Assembly (NCBI GenBank): GCA_036660635.1
Contig: JAVXAF010000002.1
Coordinates: 23,657-87,656, forward strand
From: Clostridia bacterium
GTDB taxonomy: Bacteria > Bacillota > Clostridia > TANB77 > CAG-465
Length of the DNA: 64,000 nucleotides
Reading direction: 5' to 3'
The position numbers were made by a program, and so were the translations under genes. The notes below the pieces were generated by a model. The model was not told where the DNA came from. It did not search any database and was given only the letters and a program-made list of their open reading frames with translations. Each line of letters opens with the position of its first letter. Position 1 is the stretch's first letter. Shown here one piece after another: positions 8,212-17,975 of this stretch.

Positions 8212-9585
8212 ATGTCTTTAAATGCAAAGTACCAATATACTCACTTTATTTATCCGTTTGTAGTTGAAGAAAAAAAATATAATAGCTTTATTAATTCTTT
8301 GATAAGACAAGAGAAAAATTGGAATTTAAAAATTCATGAGCAAAAAAATGATGATGAATTATATAACTTCTTTTTGCCTTATATGAAAAAGTTTTTATTT
8401 CCTACTTTAATGTGGAACAATAACGATATAAAAGAATATAAAAGTATGAATTTGTACAAAAAGACAAGTGCTGCTAGTAAAATGACATGCCTTACTTTTA
8501 ACTATAATCTTTCAAATATTAAAACTGGCAGTGTTAAAGGAAAACAATATGGTGCTATTAATTTTGATATTTCAAAAATAAAACTTATTTGTTTTGCACC
8601 GGGAATATGTTTTTTAGATATTAAGGCAGAAATTGATGAAGAAGACGAATTAATAGATTTTAAGAAGGTATTAGATTTTAACCATAATTTTAGGAATTTA
8701 ACTCCAAGAGCAATAAATAATTTTATTAATAAAAATACTATTAAAGGTAAAAAAATTGATAAAGTAGAAAACATTTCAATATTTATAAATTCAATTATTT
8801 CTGGATTTGAAACCCAAGACCTTGAAAAAATATATTATGATAAAATGTTTACATATTCATATGTATGTGTTGATTCATGGGAAAAGGAAAATGATTTTGA
8901 AAAAATCAAAAATGAGTTTTATAAATTTCAATATGTTTTAGACAGTAAAAGTAGTGCTGTATTTAATAATGAATGTGATAAATTAGACGAAAACACTTAT
9001 TCTAGATGGCAATATTCTATGTTTGGATTTTCAAGAGAAAGTGGAGTAGTTTTTGTCTCAGACAAAGAAAAATATAATATAACAAAAATGCCATATAATT
9101 TTGAGAAGACATATTTGTATATGCTACTTTTAGCTTTTTATCAAAGAATAAGTTTAATAAATTTTTCTCAAGATTTAATGAAAAATGATAAAACAATGGT
9201 AAAAAAATTAAAGAAAAAATTGACTAATTTTACACATCTTAGTTGGTTTAGTCAAATAACTAATTCTGAACATGGTATGGATATTTGGAAAAAATGGCAA
9301 AAGGCATTTGGACTAAGTGAATTATACGAAGAAGTACATAAAGAGTATATCGAATATTATGATTTTGTAACTGCTAGTGGGCAAGATAGGATAAATATTA
9401 TACTTATTATGTTATATACACTTAGTGTGGTCTTTACTGGATGCCAAATCATAACAAATATGTTTGACCTAAGAAAGATGGAACCATATATAATAGCTTT
9501 AATGGTGGCAGCGGTAATTAGCTATCCAATTTATACTATAATAAGATGGGCAGTGCATAAATTACAAGCAAAGGCAAATAAATAA
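8212..9585 (+). CDS. Hypothetical protein with large soluble N-terminal domain and C-terminal two-TM hairpin
   Basis: I set the start at MSLNAKYQYTHFIYPF, which has an AGGAGG RBS. Two C-terminal hydrophobic helices are INIILIMLYTLSVVFTGCQII and YIIALMVAAVISYPIYTII. No family recognised. Confidence 0.6.
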   Translation: MSLNAKYQYTHFIYPFVVEEKKYNSFINSLIRQEKNWNLKIHEQKNDDELYNFFLPYMKKFLFPTLMWNNNDIKEYKSMNLYKKTSAASKMTCLTFNYNLSNIKTGSVKGKQYGAINFDISKIKLICFAPGICFLDIKAEIDEEDELIDFKKVLDFNHNFRNLTPRAINNFINKNTIKGKKIDKVENISIFINSIISGFETQDLEKIYYDKMFTYSYVCVDSWEKENDFEKIKNEFYKFQYVLDSKSSAVFNNECDKLDENTYSRWQYSMFGFSRESGVVFVSDKEKYNITKMPYNFEKTYLYMLLLAFYQRISLINFSQDLMKNDKTMVKKLKKKLTNFTHLSWFSQITNSEHGMDIWKKWQKAFGLSELYEEVHKEYIEYYDFVTASGQDRINIILIMLYTLSVVFTGCQIITNMFDLRKMEPYIIALMVAAVISYPIYTIIRWAVHKLQAKANK

Positions 9586-9595
9586 TAAGGAGAAT

Positions 9596-10003
9596 ATGAT
9601 GCAAATATATTGTGGAACAGATATAATAGAAGTAGATAGAATACAAGATGCTATAGAAAACACAAAAGGATTTAAGGAAAATGTATTTACAAAAAATGAA
9701 ATTAATACCTTTGATAAAATAAAATGTATTAGTAAATATCAAAGGTACGCAGGACGATTTGCTGCAAAAGAAGCAATATATAAAGCCATGTCTAAAGTGT
9801 TAATAGAAAATAAATTAAATATGAGTTTTATTGATGTTGAAATTATAAATCTTAAAGAGCTAAAAAATAGACCGCAAGTAGTCTTTTTAAATGAAAGTTT
9901 AAAAAGACTTTCTGATGAAATGAAAATTGATATAGATATTAGCATTTCGCATATAAAAGAAAAAGCTATTGCTGTTGCAATAGTAAAATCAAACAAGGAG
10001 TGA
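9596..10003 (+). CDS. acpS: Holo-[acyl-carrier-protein] synthase (4'-phosphopantetheinyl transferase)
   Basis: Motifs are GTDIIEVDRI, RFAAKEAIYKA and ISISHIKEKAIAVAIV. The second ATG at 9599 has better spacing to the AAGGAG RBS and may be the true start. Confidence 0.85.
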   Translation: MMQIYCGTDIIEVDRIQDAIENTKGFKENVFTKNEINTFDKIKCISKYQRYAGRFAAKEAIYKAMSKVLIENKLNMSFIDVEIINLKELKNRPQVVFLNESLKRLSDEMKIDIDISISHIKEKAIAVAIVKSNKE

Positions 10004-10008
10004 TATAA

Positions 10009-11937
10009 ATGAAAAACAAAAAATATTATATAACAACGCCAATTTATTATCCAAGTGGAAAATTTCATGTTGGTCATTGCTATTGTACGGTCGTTGCTGA
10101 TACTATTGCAAGATATAAACGATTAAGAGGCTATGATGTATTTTTTTTGACTGGCACAGATGAACATGGGCAAAAAATTGAGCAAAAAGCAAAAGATGCT
10201 GGTAAAACTCCTAAAGAGTATGTAGATGATATAGTTAAAGATACTAAAAATTTATGGAGTATATTAGGTATTACTTATGATAAATATTTAAGAACAACTG
10301 ATACAGAGCACGTTAAATGTGTTCAAAAAATATTTGAAAGACTATATAATCAAGATGATATTTATTTATCAAGTTATGAAGGTAAATATTGCACTCCATG
10401 CGAATCCTTTTGGACAGAGTCACAGCTAATAGATGGGAAATGTCCTGATTGTGGAAGAGATGTTGGTGTTGTAAAAGAAGAAAGTTATTTCTTTAGACTG
10501 TCAAAATATCAAGATAAATTGTTACAATATTATAAAAAAAATCCTGATTTTTTAGAACCAATATCACGCCAAAATGAACTTATAAATAATTTTTTTGATA
10601 AAGGATTAAATGATATATGTGTATCACGTACATCTATTGATTGGGGAATTAAAGTAACCTTTGATCCTAAACACACAGTATATGTTTGGATTGACGCACT
10701 AGTAAATTATATATCTGCTCTTGGTTATTTAACTGATGATAAGAATAAAATGGAAAAGTTTTGGCCAGCGGATTTGCATTTAGTTGGGAAAGAAATCTTT
10801 AGATTTCACGCAATGATTTGGCCAGCGCTTTTGATGGCATTAGAACTTCCAATGCCTAAAAAAATTTTTGGGCATGGATGGTTAATAGTAGATGGATCTA
10901 AAATATCTAAATCACTTGGAAATTATAAAGATCCAAGAGTATATATTAATGAAACATCAGTAGACTCTTTAAGATATTATTTACTTCATGAGGTTACTCT
11001 AGGCCAAGATGGTAATTTTTCTGAGGAATTGTTTTTAGAAAAATCAAATTCTGATTTATCAAATGATTTAGGGAACTTAGTAAGTAGAGTAACTGCTATG
11101 GCAGAAAAATATAATCAAGGAATTATTAAAAAGTCAAATGTTTATCAAGACTATGATGCGGATTTGATAAATAGTGCAAGTACTCTTGTAACTGAGATTG
11201 AAGATTTAATGGATAATTTGAAAATAAGTGACTCGCTAACATCAATTTGGAAACTTATTTCAAAAGCAAATAAATATATAGACCTCTCTATGCCATGGGT
11301 TTTAGCAAAAGAAGAAAAAAAAGAACGACTAAACACTGTGCTATATAACTTAATTGAAACAATAAGGATAGTAGCGGTTTGTCTTCAAGCATATATGATA
11401 GAAACTCCAGAAAAAATATTTAATCAAATTGGAATTTCAAAAGATATTACTACTTGGGATAGTGCAAAAGAGTTTGGACTTTTAAAAGACGGAACAATTG
11501 TTGAAAAAGGACAAAATTTATTTCCAAGAGTTGAAATAAAAAAGGAGAATAAAATAGTGGAAGAAGTTGAAAAAAATAATCAAAAAGAAGTAGTTATAGA
11601 AGAAAAAGGGTATATAACAATTGATGATTTGGCTAAAGTTCAATTAAAAGTTGGCCAAATAATAGAAGTGGAAAGAATTGAAAAATCAGATAAACTATAT
11701 AAATTATTAGTTGATCTTAAAACAGAAAAAAGAGTGATAGTATCAGGAATAGTTGAGTATTATATGCCTGAAGAATTAATTGGTAAAAAAATAGTTGTTG
11801 TAACTAATTTAAAACCGGTAAAATTAAGAGGAATACTCTCAGAGGGAATGTTACTTGCTGCAGGAGATAAAGATGTTGTAAAATTATTAACTTTTGATGA
11901 TGCAAATAAGATAGAAAACGGAACAAATATACATTAA
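10009..11937 (+). CDS. metG: Methionine--tRNA ligase with C-terminal tRNA-binding (Trbp111-like) domain
   Basis: HIGH-type signature PIYYPSGKFHVGH and a KMSKS-type signature KISKSLGN. A zinc knuckle reads CTPCESF...CPDCGRD. The C-terminal OB-fold reads LKVGQIIEVERIEKSDKLYKLLVDL. Confidence 0.95.
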   Translation: MKNKKYYITTPIYYPSGKFHVGHCYCTVVADTIARYKRLRGYDVFFLTGTDEHGQKIEQKAKDAGKTPKEYVDDIVKDTKNLWSILGITYDKYLRTTDTEHVKCVQKIFERLYNQDDIYLSSYEGKYCTPCESFWTESQLIDGKCPDCGRDVGVVKEESYFFRLSKYQDKLLQYYKKNPDFLEPISRQNELINNFFDKGLNDICVSRTSIDWGIKVTFDPKHTVYVWIDALVNYISALGYLTDDKNKMEKFWPADLHLVGKEIFRFHAMIWPALLMALELPMPKKIFGHGWLIVDGSKISKSLGNYKDPRVYINETSVDSLRYYLLHEVTLGQDGNFSEELFLEKSNSDLSNDLGNLVSRVTAMAEKYNQGIIKKSNVYQDYDADLINSASTLVTEIEDLMDNLKISDSLTSIWKLISKANKYIDLSMPWVLAKEEKKERLNTVLYNLIETIRIVAVCLQAYMIETPEKIFNQIGISKDITTWDSAKEFGLLKDGTIVEKGQNLFPRVEIKKENKIVEEVEKNNQKEVVIEEKGYITIDDLAKVQLKVGQIIEVERIEKSDKLYKLLVDLKTEKRVIVSGIVEYYMPEELIGKKIVVVTNLKPVKLRGILSEGMLLAAGDKDVVKLLTFDDANKIENGTNIH

Positions 11938-11966
11938 GAGTTATAAAAGTAGGGGGAATATTTTTA

Positions 11967-12665
11967 ATGGACGATGAAAATAAAGTTGAACAAAATGTTA
12001 AACAAAAAAGCAATAATATTAAAAAATCACAAGACAGTAAAATGAATAAAATATTTAAAGAAATAGGCGAATGGATATTTTGCTTTATTATAGCATATGT
12101 ACTATATTTAAATATTAATTATTTTTTCGGTACTATGTCAGGCGTAAAGCAAGTTTCAATGAAGCCTACTGCATTAGAAGGAGAACGCTTAATAGTGCAA
12201 AGACCTAAAATATTTAAAAGACAGATACAGCATGATGATATAATAACATTTGAAGCTCCAAGTGAGTCTACAAAATATCTAAATGAAGAAGTGATAGATG
12301 ATAATATTGCAAAATATATTGAATATACAGGATTAAATAAATTTTTATATAATTTTATTGGAATAGGTAAAATAAGTTATATTAAAAGAGTAATTGGCAT
12401 AGAAGGAGATCATATACAAATTAAAGAAGATGGACAAGTATATAGAAATGAAGGAAAACTTATAGAATCATATACAAAAGATAAAACAACAAATATAAAT
12501 GGCAAATATGTAGATGTAATAGTTCCAAAAGGATGTGTATTTGTTATGGGAGATAATAGATTAGAAAGTAAAGATTCAAGATTTTTTGGATGTATACCGA
12601 TTAATAAAGTAAATGGATATGTCATTTGTAGGGTATGGCCATTTAATAGATTAGGTAAGGTATAA
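11967..12665 (+). CDS. lepB: Signal peptidase I
   Basis: N-terminal TM. The catalytic Ser box is VSMKPT and the Lys box is YIKRVIGIEGD. GDNRLESKDSRFFG is also present. Confidence 0.85.
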   Translation: MDDENKVEQNVKQKSNNIKKSQDSKMNKIFKEIGEWIFCFIIAYVLYLNINYFFGTMSGVKQVSMKPTALEGERLIVQRPKIFKRQIQHDDIITFEAPSESTKYLNEEVIDDNIAKYIEYTGLNKFLYNFIGIGKISYIKRVIGIEGDHIQIKEDGQVYRNEGKLIESYTKDKTTNINGKYVDVIVPKGCVFVMGDNRLESKDSRFFGCIPINKVNGYVICRVWPFNRLGKV

Positions 12666-12678
12666 AAAGGAGAAAGAT

Positions 12679-13512
12679 ATGTTTGAAAATATAGTAGGTC
12701 ATGAAAATCAAAAGCAAAAACTCTGTAATATGATTAAAAATGGCACTGTATCTCATGCATATCTTTTTTGCGGAGATAGTGGAATAGGAAAATCAACTAT
12801 TGCCTGTGAATTCGCTAAAGAAATACTAGGAGTTGAAAACCTTGAAAAGTCTACGGATTATGTATATATATCAAAAAAAGAAGACAAAAAAGATATTGTA
12901 ATTGAACAAATACGAAAAGAAATAATAGATACAGTATATGAGTTGCCAATGTCATCTAATAAAAAAGTATATTTAATAGATGGGGCTGAGCATTTAAATA
13001 TGTCTGCACAAAATGCATTATTAAAGACGCTTGAAGAACCGCCAAAATATATTGTTTTGATACTTATTGCATCAAATAGGGGAGCATTTTTACCTACACT
13101 GCTCTCAAGAGTAAATGAAATTTCATTTAGCGCGCTTAGCGAGGAAAAATTAAAATCATATATATATGATAAATATAATATTAAGTTGCAAGATGATATG
13201 CTAAGATATCTGAATGGATCAATAGGCAAAGCAAATGAAATAATACAAAAAGGATATATAGAAAAATTTTTAAATATTGATAAAATTTATAGCTATTTAA
13301 TAAAAAAAGATTTATTAAATATATATAATTATATATCAAATGTGGATTTTAATGATATTTATATGATAGATTATTTGGAATTTAAACTATATACAAATGG
13401 ATCTTTTAATTGTATCAAATTTATTGAAAGAGCAAAAACAAGATTGAAAAATAATGGCAATTATGATATAGTAGTAGACAGCATGATATTAAAAATAATT
13501 GATTGCATTTAA
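12679..13512 (+). CDS. holB: DNA polymerase III subunit delta'
   Basis: HAYLFCGDSGIGKST P-loop and NALLKTLEEPP motif. The position upstream of yaaT matches the usual Firmicute order. Confidence 0.8.
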   Translation: MFENIVGHENQKQKLCNMIKNGTVSHAYLFCGDSGIGKSTIACEFAKEILGVENLEKSTDYVYISKKEDKKDIVIEQIRKEIIDTVYELPMSSNKKVYLIDGAEHLNMSAQNALLKTLEEPPKYIVLILIASNRGAFLPTLLSRVNEISFSALSEEKLKSYIYDKYNIKLQDDMLRYLNGSIGKANEIIQKGYIEKFLNIDKIYSYLIKKDLLNIYNYISNVDFNDIYMIDYLEFKLYTNGSFNCIKFIERAKTRLKNNGNYDIVVDSMILKIIDCI

Positions 13513-13524
13513 GGAGAAAAAATA

Positions 13525-14355
13525 ATGGATAAAATAATAGGAGTTAGGTTTAGAAAAACAGGGAAGCTTTACTATTTTGATCCTATGCATTTTGGCTTTA
13601 GAGTAGGAGACAGCATAATAGCTGATACTGAAAGAGGCGAAGAACTAGGAAGAGTAGTAAAAATAATTGATGAAAAAGACTGCCCAAAAAATATTGAAAT
13701 CCAAAAAATTATTAAACCTGCAACAAAAAAAGATATAGATATATTTAAAGAAAATGAATTAAGAGCCAAAGAAGCTCTAGAATTTTGTAAAGATGAAGCA
13801 AAAAAATTAAATTTAAGTATGAAACTTTTATTAGCTGAATATACTTTTGATACATCAAAATTAATTTTTTATTTTGTTTCAGAAGAAAGAGTTGACTTTA
13901 GAGAATTAGTTAGAAATTTAGCACAAAAATATAAAGCAAGAATCGAATTAAGACAAATAGGCCCAAGAGATGAAGTTAAATCTCATCCAAATCTAGGAAT
14001 GTGTGGTAAAGAAGTATGTTGTAGAACATATCTTCAAGATTTTGAACCAGTTACAATAAAAATGGCAAAAGAGCAAGGCTTACAAATAAATATGGCAAAG
14101 CTTTCTGGTGCTTGTGGAAAACTTATGTGCTGCTTAAAATATGAAGAAGAAGCATATAAAGAAAACTTAGAAAAACTACCTAAAGTTGGTGAATATGTAA
14201 AAGTAGGATCAGATGGTATCGAAGGGAAAGTAAGCGCTATAGATATATTAAAATTGAAGGTAAAAGTTAGATTTGGATCTTCAAGAGAAGATGAAAAATT
14301 TGAAACTTATTCTGTTGAAGAACTAACATGGAAAAAGAAAGAAGAAAAAAAGTAA
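13525..14355 (+). CDS. ricT: PSP1-domain protein (stage 0 sporulation protein YaaT / RicT)
   Basis: PSP1 core DTSKLIFYFVSEERVDFRELVRNLAQKYKARIELRQIG and Cys cluster CGKEVCC...CGKLMCC. Confidence 0.85.
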   Translation: MDKIIGVRFRKTGKLYYFDPMHFGFRVGDSIIADTERGEELGRVVKIIDEKDCPKNIEIQKIIKPATKKDIDIFKENELRAKEALEFCKDEAKKLNLSMKLLLAEYTFDTSKLIFYFVSEERVDFRELVRNLAQKYKARIELRQIGPRDEVKSHPNLGMCGKEVCCRTYLQDFEPVTIKMAKEQGLQINMAKLSGACGKLMCCLKYEEEAYKENLEKLPKVGEYVKVGSDGIEGKVSAIDILKLKVKVRFGSSREDEKFETYSVEELTWKKKEEKK

Positions 14356-14408
14356 AGCTAATTATAGCTTGAAAATTATAATATATTAAATAAGAAGGAG
14401 GTGATCTC

Positions 14409-14579
14409 ATGTCATATAGAATTTGTGATAAATGTATATCATGTGGAGTATGTGAACAAGAATGCCCAACAGGAGCTATTTGTCAAGGCGAGGAAAGATA
14501 TCAAATAGATGAAGAAAAATGCATTTCTTGTGGAGCATGCAGAGCAGTTTGCCCAGTAGAAGCACCAGAAGAAAATTAA
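14409..14579 (+). CDS. 2x[4Fe-4S] ferredoxin (56 aa)
   Basis: Not in the ORF track. The translation MSYRICDKCISCGVCEQECP...EEKCISCGACRAVCP contains two CxxCxxCxxxCP clusters. AAGGAGGTGA RBS lies upstream. Confidence 0.85.
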   Translation: MSYRICDKCISCGVCEQECPTGAICQGEERYQIDEEKCISCGACRAVCPVEAPEEN

Positions 14580-14596
14580 AGTGTAATGTAAGTTAA

Positions 14597-14629
14597 TAGA
14601 GACTAATTTTTAATTAGCCTCTATTTTTA
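14597..14629 (+). terminator. Rho-independent terminator after ferredoxin
   Basis: Stem TAGAGACTAATT / AATTAGCCTCTA (one mismatch) followed by TTTTTAT. Confidence 0.75.
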
Positions 14630-14648
14630 TATTTGTTTAATAATTTTC

Positions 14649-14677
14649 TTGATTATCAAATACATTTGTGTTATACT
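14649..14677 (+). promoter_or_regulatory. Sigma-A-type promoter for the T-box leader
   Basis: TTGATT, 17 nt spacer, TATACT, with TG at the extended -10 position (TGTTATACT). Confidence 0.5.
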
Positions 14678-14689
14678 AGCCATATAATG

Positions 14690-14947
14690 ATATAAAAGCT
14701 ATGATGAAGAGGAGTAGAATAAAGGTTGCTTTAAGAGAGAAAAACTCATTGGTTGAAAAGTTTTTTAAGTAAACGTATTTGAAGGTAGCTTCGGAGCTGG
14801 CACACTGAAGTTTTTATGTGTAGGTATGTCCCGTCATACATCGGTTAATGTAAATGAAGAGTATATGCATTATGCATATAAAATAAGGTGGTACCGCGAA
14901 TTACAGTCATTCGTCCTTATATCATAAGGATAAATGGCTGCTTTTTA
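14690..14947 (+). promoter_or_regulatory. T-box riboswitch leader (tRNA-Val responsive, candidate specifier GUA at 14785-14787) with terminator/antiterminator
   Basis: Canonical T-box sequence GGTGGTACCGCG at 14887-14898. Terminator arms are 14904-14919 and 14925-14940, followed by CTTTTT. An AGAGA-containing stem I region lies near 14734. valS lies downstream. Confidence 0.85.
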
Positions 14948-14980
14948 TATATAAATGTGGAAATAAATGTGGTGATAAGT

Positions 14981-15172
14981 ATGGTAAAAGATTTAGAAAT
15001 TTTTGTGGCACTATTAATTGCACTTTTTTGTATAATTTTAATATACAATGCAAGATTAATAGCCAAAAAAAGATTTAGCAAAAAAGATGAAAATAAATAT
15101 ACTAATATAATAAAAATTATTGGATTTGTTATATTTGCAGGAGCATTTATAACTATTTATTATATTAGGTAG
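14981..15172 (+). CDS. Small membrane protein (63 aa, two hydrophobic helices) between T-box leader and valS
   Basis: MVKDLEIFVALLIALFCIILIYNARL...IIKIIGFVIFAGAFITIYYIR. GGTGA RBS lies 7 nt upstream. The track ORF beginning at 14888 overlaps the T-box terminator, so I trimmed it. Confidence 0.4.
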   Translation: MVKDLEIFVALLIALFCIILIYNARLIAKKRFSKKDENKYTNIIKIIGFVIFAGAFITIYYIR

Positions 15173-15184
15173 AAAGGATCTATT

Positions 15185-17794
15185 ATGGAAAACAAATTTG
15201 ATTTTGACAAAAAAGAAGAACTAATATATAAAAACTGGGAAGAAAAAGGATATTTTAAAGCGGAAATAGATAAAGATAAAAAACCATTTTCTATTTCTAT
15301 GCCACCACCAAATGTAACAGATAAATTACATATTGGTCATGCTCTAGTAAATACTATACAAGATGTATTTGTTCGTTATCATAGATTAAAAGGTGAGCCA
15401 ACACTTTGGGTACCTGGTGTTGATCATGCAAGTATTGCAACAGAAGTAAAAGTTGTTAAAAAACTAAAAGAAGAAGGCAAATCAAAAGATATGTTAGGTA
15501 GAGAAAAGTTTTTAGAAGAAGCATGGGCTTGGAAAGAAAAATATGGATCTACAATAACAAATCAGTTAAGAAAAATTGGTGCCTCATGTGACTGGTCACA
15601 TGAGAGGTTTACTATGGATGAAGGATGTTCAAAAGCAGTATTAGAAGTTTTTGAAAGATTATATAATAAAAATGTTATATATAAAGGTGAAAGAATAGTA
15701 AATTGGTGTCCTACATGTAAAACTCCAATATCTGAGACAGAAGTTGAATATGAGCAACAAGAATCTAGTCTTTGGCATATAAAATATCCTATAGAAAATA
15801 GTGATGAATATTTAGTAGTTGCAACCACTAGACCAGAAACTATGCTAGGAGATAGTGCTGTAGCAGTCAATCCAAGTGATACTAGATATAAACATTTAGT
15901 GGGAAAAAGAGTGCTTTTACCTATAGTTGAAAAATATATTCCAATTATATCTGATAGATATGTAGAGCTTGATTTTGGAACAGGTGTTGTAAAAATGACA
16001 CCGGCTCACGATCCTAACGATTTTGAAGTTGGGAAAAGGCATAATTTAGAGTTTATAAATATATTAAATGATGATGGAAAACTTAATGAAAATGCAGGCA
16101 AGTATAAAGGAATGACTACTTTAGAGGCAAGGAAAAATATTGTTGAAAAATTAGAAGAAACAGGATATCTTGTTAAGATAGAACCATATACTCATAATGT
16201 TGGTAGATGTTATAGATGCCACAATACAATTGAACCATATATTTCTAATCAATGGTTTGTAAAAATGAAAGAGCTAGTAAAACCTGCTATCGAAGCTGTT
16301 AAAACTGGCGAAGTAGAATTTATACCAAAAAGATTTGAAAAAACATATTTTAATTGGATGGAAAATATACAAGATTGGTGTATTTCTAGACAATTATGGT
16401 GGGGGCATAGGATACCTGCATATTATTGTGATAAATGCGATAAAATTACAGTTTCTAAAAATCATATAGACAAATGTAAGTGTGGTGGAAATTTAACTCA
16501 AGATGAGGATTCACTAGATACATGGTTTAGCTCAGCTTTATGGCCTTTTTCGATTCTTGGTTGGCCGGAAAAGACAGAAGAATTAGAGTATTTTTATCCA
16601 AATTCAATGCTTGTAACTGGATATGACATTATAACATTTTGGGTAAGTAAAATGGTATTTAGTGGAATAGAATATACTGGCAAAGTACCATTTAAATATG
16701 TATATATAAATGGACTTGTAAGGGATGCTATGGGAAGAAAAATGTCCAAATCTTTAGGAAATGGAGTAGACCCTATAGATATCATTAAAGAGTATGGAAC
16801 GGATGCTTTAAGATTTTCGCTTATTCAAAATATAACTGCTGGCAATGATGTCAAATATATTCCTGAAAAAGTGGAAGCTGCTAGAAATTTTGTAAATAAA
16901 CTATGGAACGCTGCAAAGTTTGTAAATACATATTTAATAGACTTAAATGTTAACAATGTGGAAAACTTAATGCCAGAAGATAAATGGATACTTACAAAGT
17001 TATCAGATGTTATAAAAGAAGTTACAAAAAATATTGATAAATTTGAAATAGGTGTTGCGATACAGCAGCTTTATGATTTTATATGGTTTGATTTTTGTGA
17101 TTGGTATATTGAAATGGTAAAGCCGCGTTTATATGAAAAAAGTTCACAGAGCTATATAGCGGCTATTTGGACATTAAATTATACTTTAAAAAATATTGTT
17201 ATATTACTACATCCATATATGCCTTTTGTAACTGAGGAAATTTATGGAAATTTAATAAATAAAAAAGATTCTATTATGGTTGAGTCTTGGCCAAAAGCAG
17301 AATATGTTTTTAAAGAAGAAAAAAAATATATAGATATAATTCAACAGTTGATAAAGCAAATTAGAAATGAAAGGGCTTTGAAAAATATTACATCTTCTAA
17401 AAAGATTGATATGCAAATATTTATACAAAACAAGGATTTTCTTGAAGTTTTTAACACATCAATACAATATATACAAAAACTTGCATATATTGATAATATA
17501 AATTATTTAGAGGATATTAATAAGGCAAATAAAGAATTTATATCATGTCATTTAGAATTAATTAATGCATATTTAGATTTTTCAAATGTAATTGATAAAA
17601 ATTCACAAATGAAAAAATTAATATTGGATAAAGAAAATATTATAAAGGAGTTAGATAGAGCTAATAGTATGTTAATTAATGAAAAATTTGTAAGTAAAGC
17701 ACCTGAACAACTTATACAAAAAGAAAAAGAAAAACTTGTAAAATATAAAGATTTACTTGAAACAGTAGAAAAAAGAATTGAAAGTTTAAAATAA
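15185..17794 (+). CDS. valS: Valine--tRNA ligase
   Basis: HIGH-type PPPNVTDKLHIGH and KMSKS-type RKMSKSLGN. The editing domain includes TTRPETMLGDSAVAVNP. A C-terminal coiled coil is present. Confidence 0.95.
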   Translation: MENKFDFDKKEELIYKNWEEKGYFKAEIDKDKKPFSISMPPPNVTDKLHIGHALVNTIQDVFVRYHRLKGEPTLWVPGVDHASIATEVKVVKKLKEEGKSKDMLGREKFLEEAWAWKEKYGSTITNQLRKIGASCDWSHERFTMDEGCSKAVLEVFERLYNKNVIYKGERIVNWCPTCKTPISETEVEYEQQESSLWHIKYPIENSDEYLVVATTRPETMLGDSAVAVNPSDTRYKHLVGKRVLLPIVEKYIPIISDRYVELDFGTGVVKMTPAHDPNDFEVGKRHNLEFINILNDDGKLNENAGKYKGMTTLEARKNIVEKLEETGYLVKIEPYTHNVGRCYRCHNTIEPYISNQWFVKMKELVKPAIEAVKTGEVEFIPKRFEKTYFNWMENIQDWCISRQLWWGHRIPAYYCDKCDKITVSKNHIDKCKCGGNLTQDEDSLDTWFSSALWPFSILGWPEKTEELEYFYPNSMLVTGYDIITFWVSKMVFSGIEYTGKVPFKYVYINGLVRDAMGRKMSKSLGNGVDPIDIIKEYGTDALRFSLIQNITAGNDVKYIPEKVEAARNFVNKLWNAAKFVNTYLIDLNVNNVENLMPEDKWILTKLSDVIKEVTKNIDKFEIGVAIQQLYDFIWFDFCDWYIEMVKPRLYEKSSQSYIAAIWTLNYTLKNIVILLHPYMPFVTEEIYGNLINKKDSIMVESWPKAEYVFKEEKKYIDIIQQLIKQIRNERALKNITSSKKIDMQIFIQNKDFLEVFNTSIQYIQKLAYIDNINYLEDINKANKEFISCHLELINAYLDFSNVIDKNSQMKKLILDKENIIKELDRANSMLINEKFVSKAPEQLIQKEKEKLVKYKDLLETVEKRIESLK

Positions 17795-17975
17795 CAAAAA
17801 AGGAAGAAAAAGCTAGATAAAATTACTATACATGAAATATTAACAATCAATATATTTGACATATTAAAAGTATTACTTAAAAATTAATCTTTAAATTTTA
17901 ATGTATTTTAAAATTAAGAGAAAGGAACATCTAGTATATATTGTGATTATATAAATTAGATTATAAGTGATTAAA

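Noticed and set aside
14888-14980. N-terminal extension of the track ORF 14888-15172.
   Set aside because: This part coincides with the T-box sequence and terminator hairpin. Only the portion from ATG 14981, which has its own RBS, is a plausible CDS.
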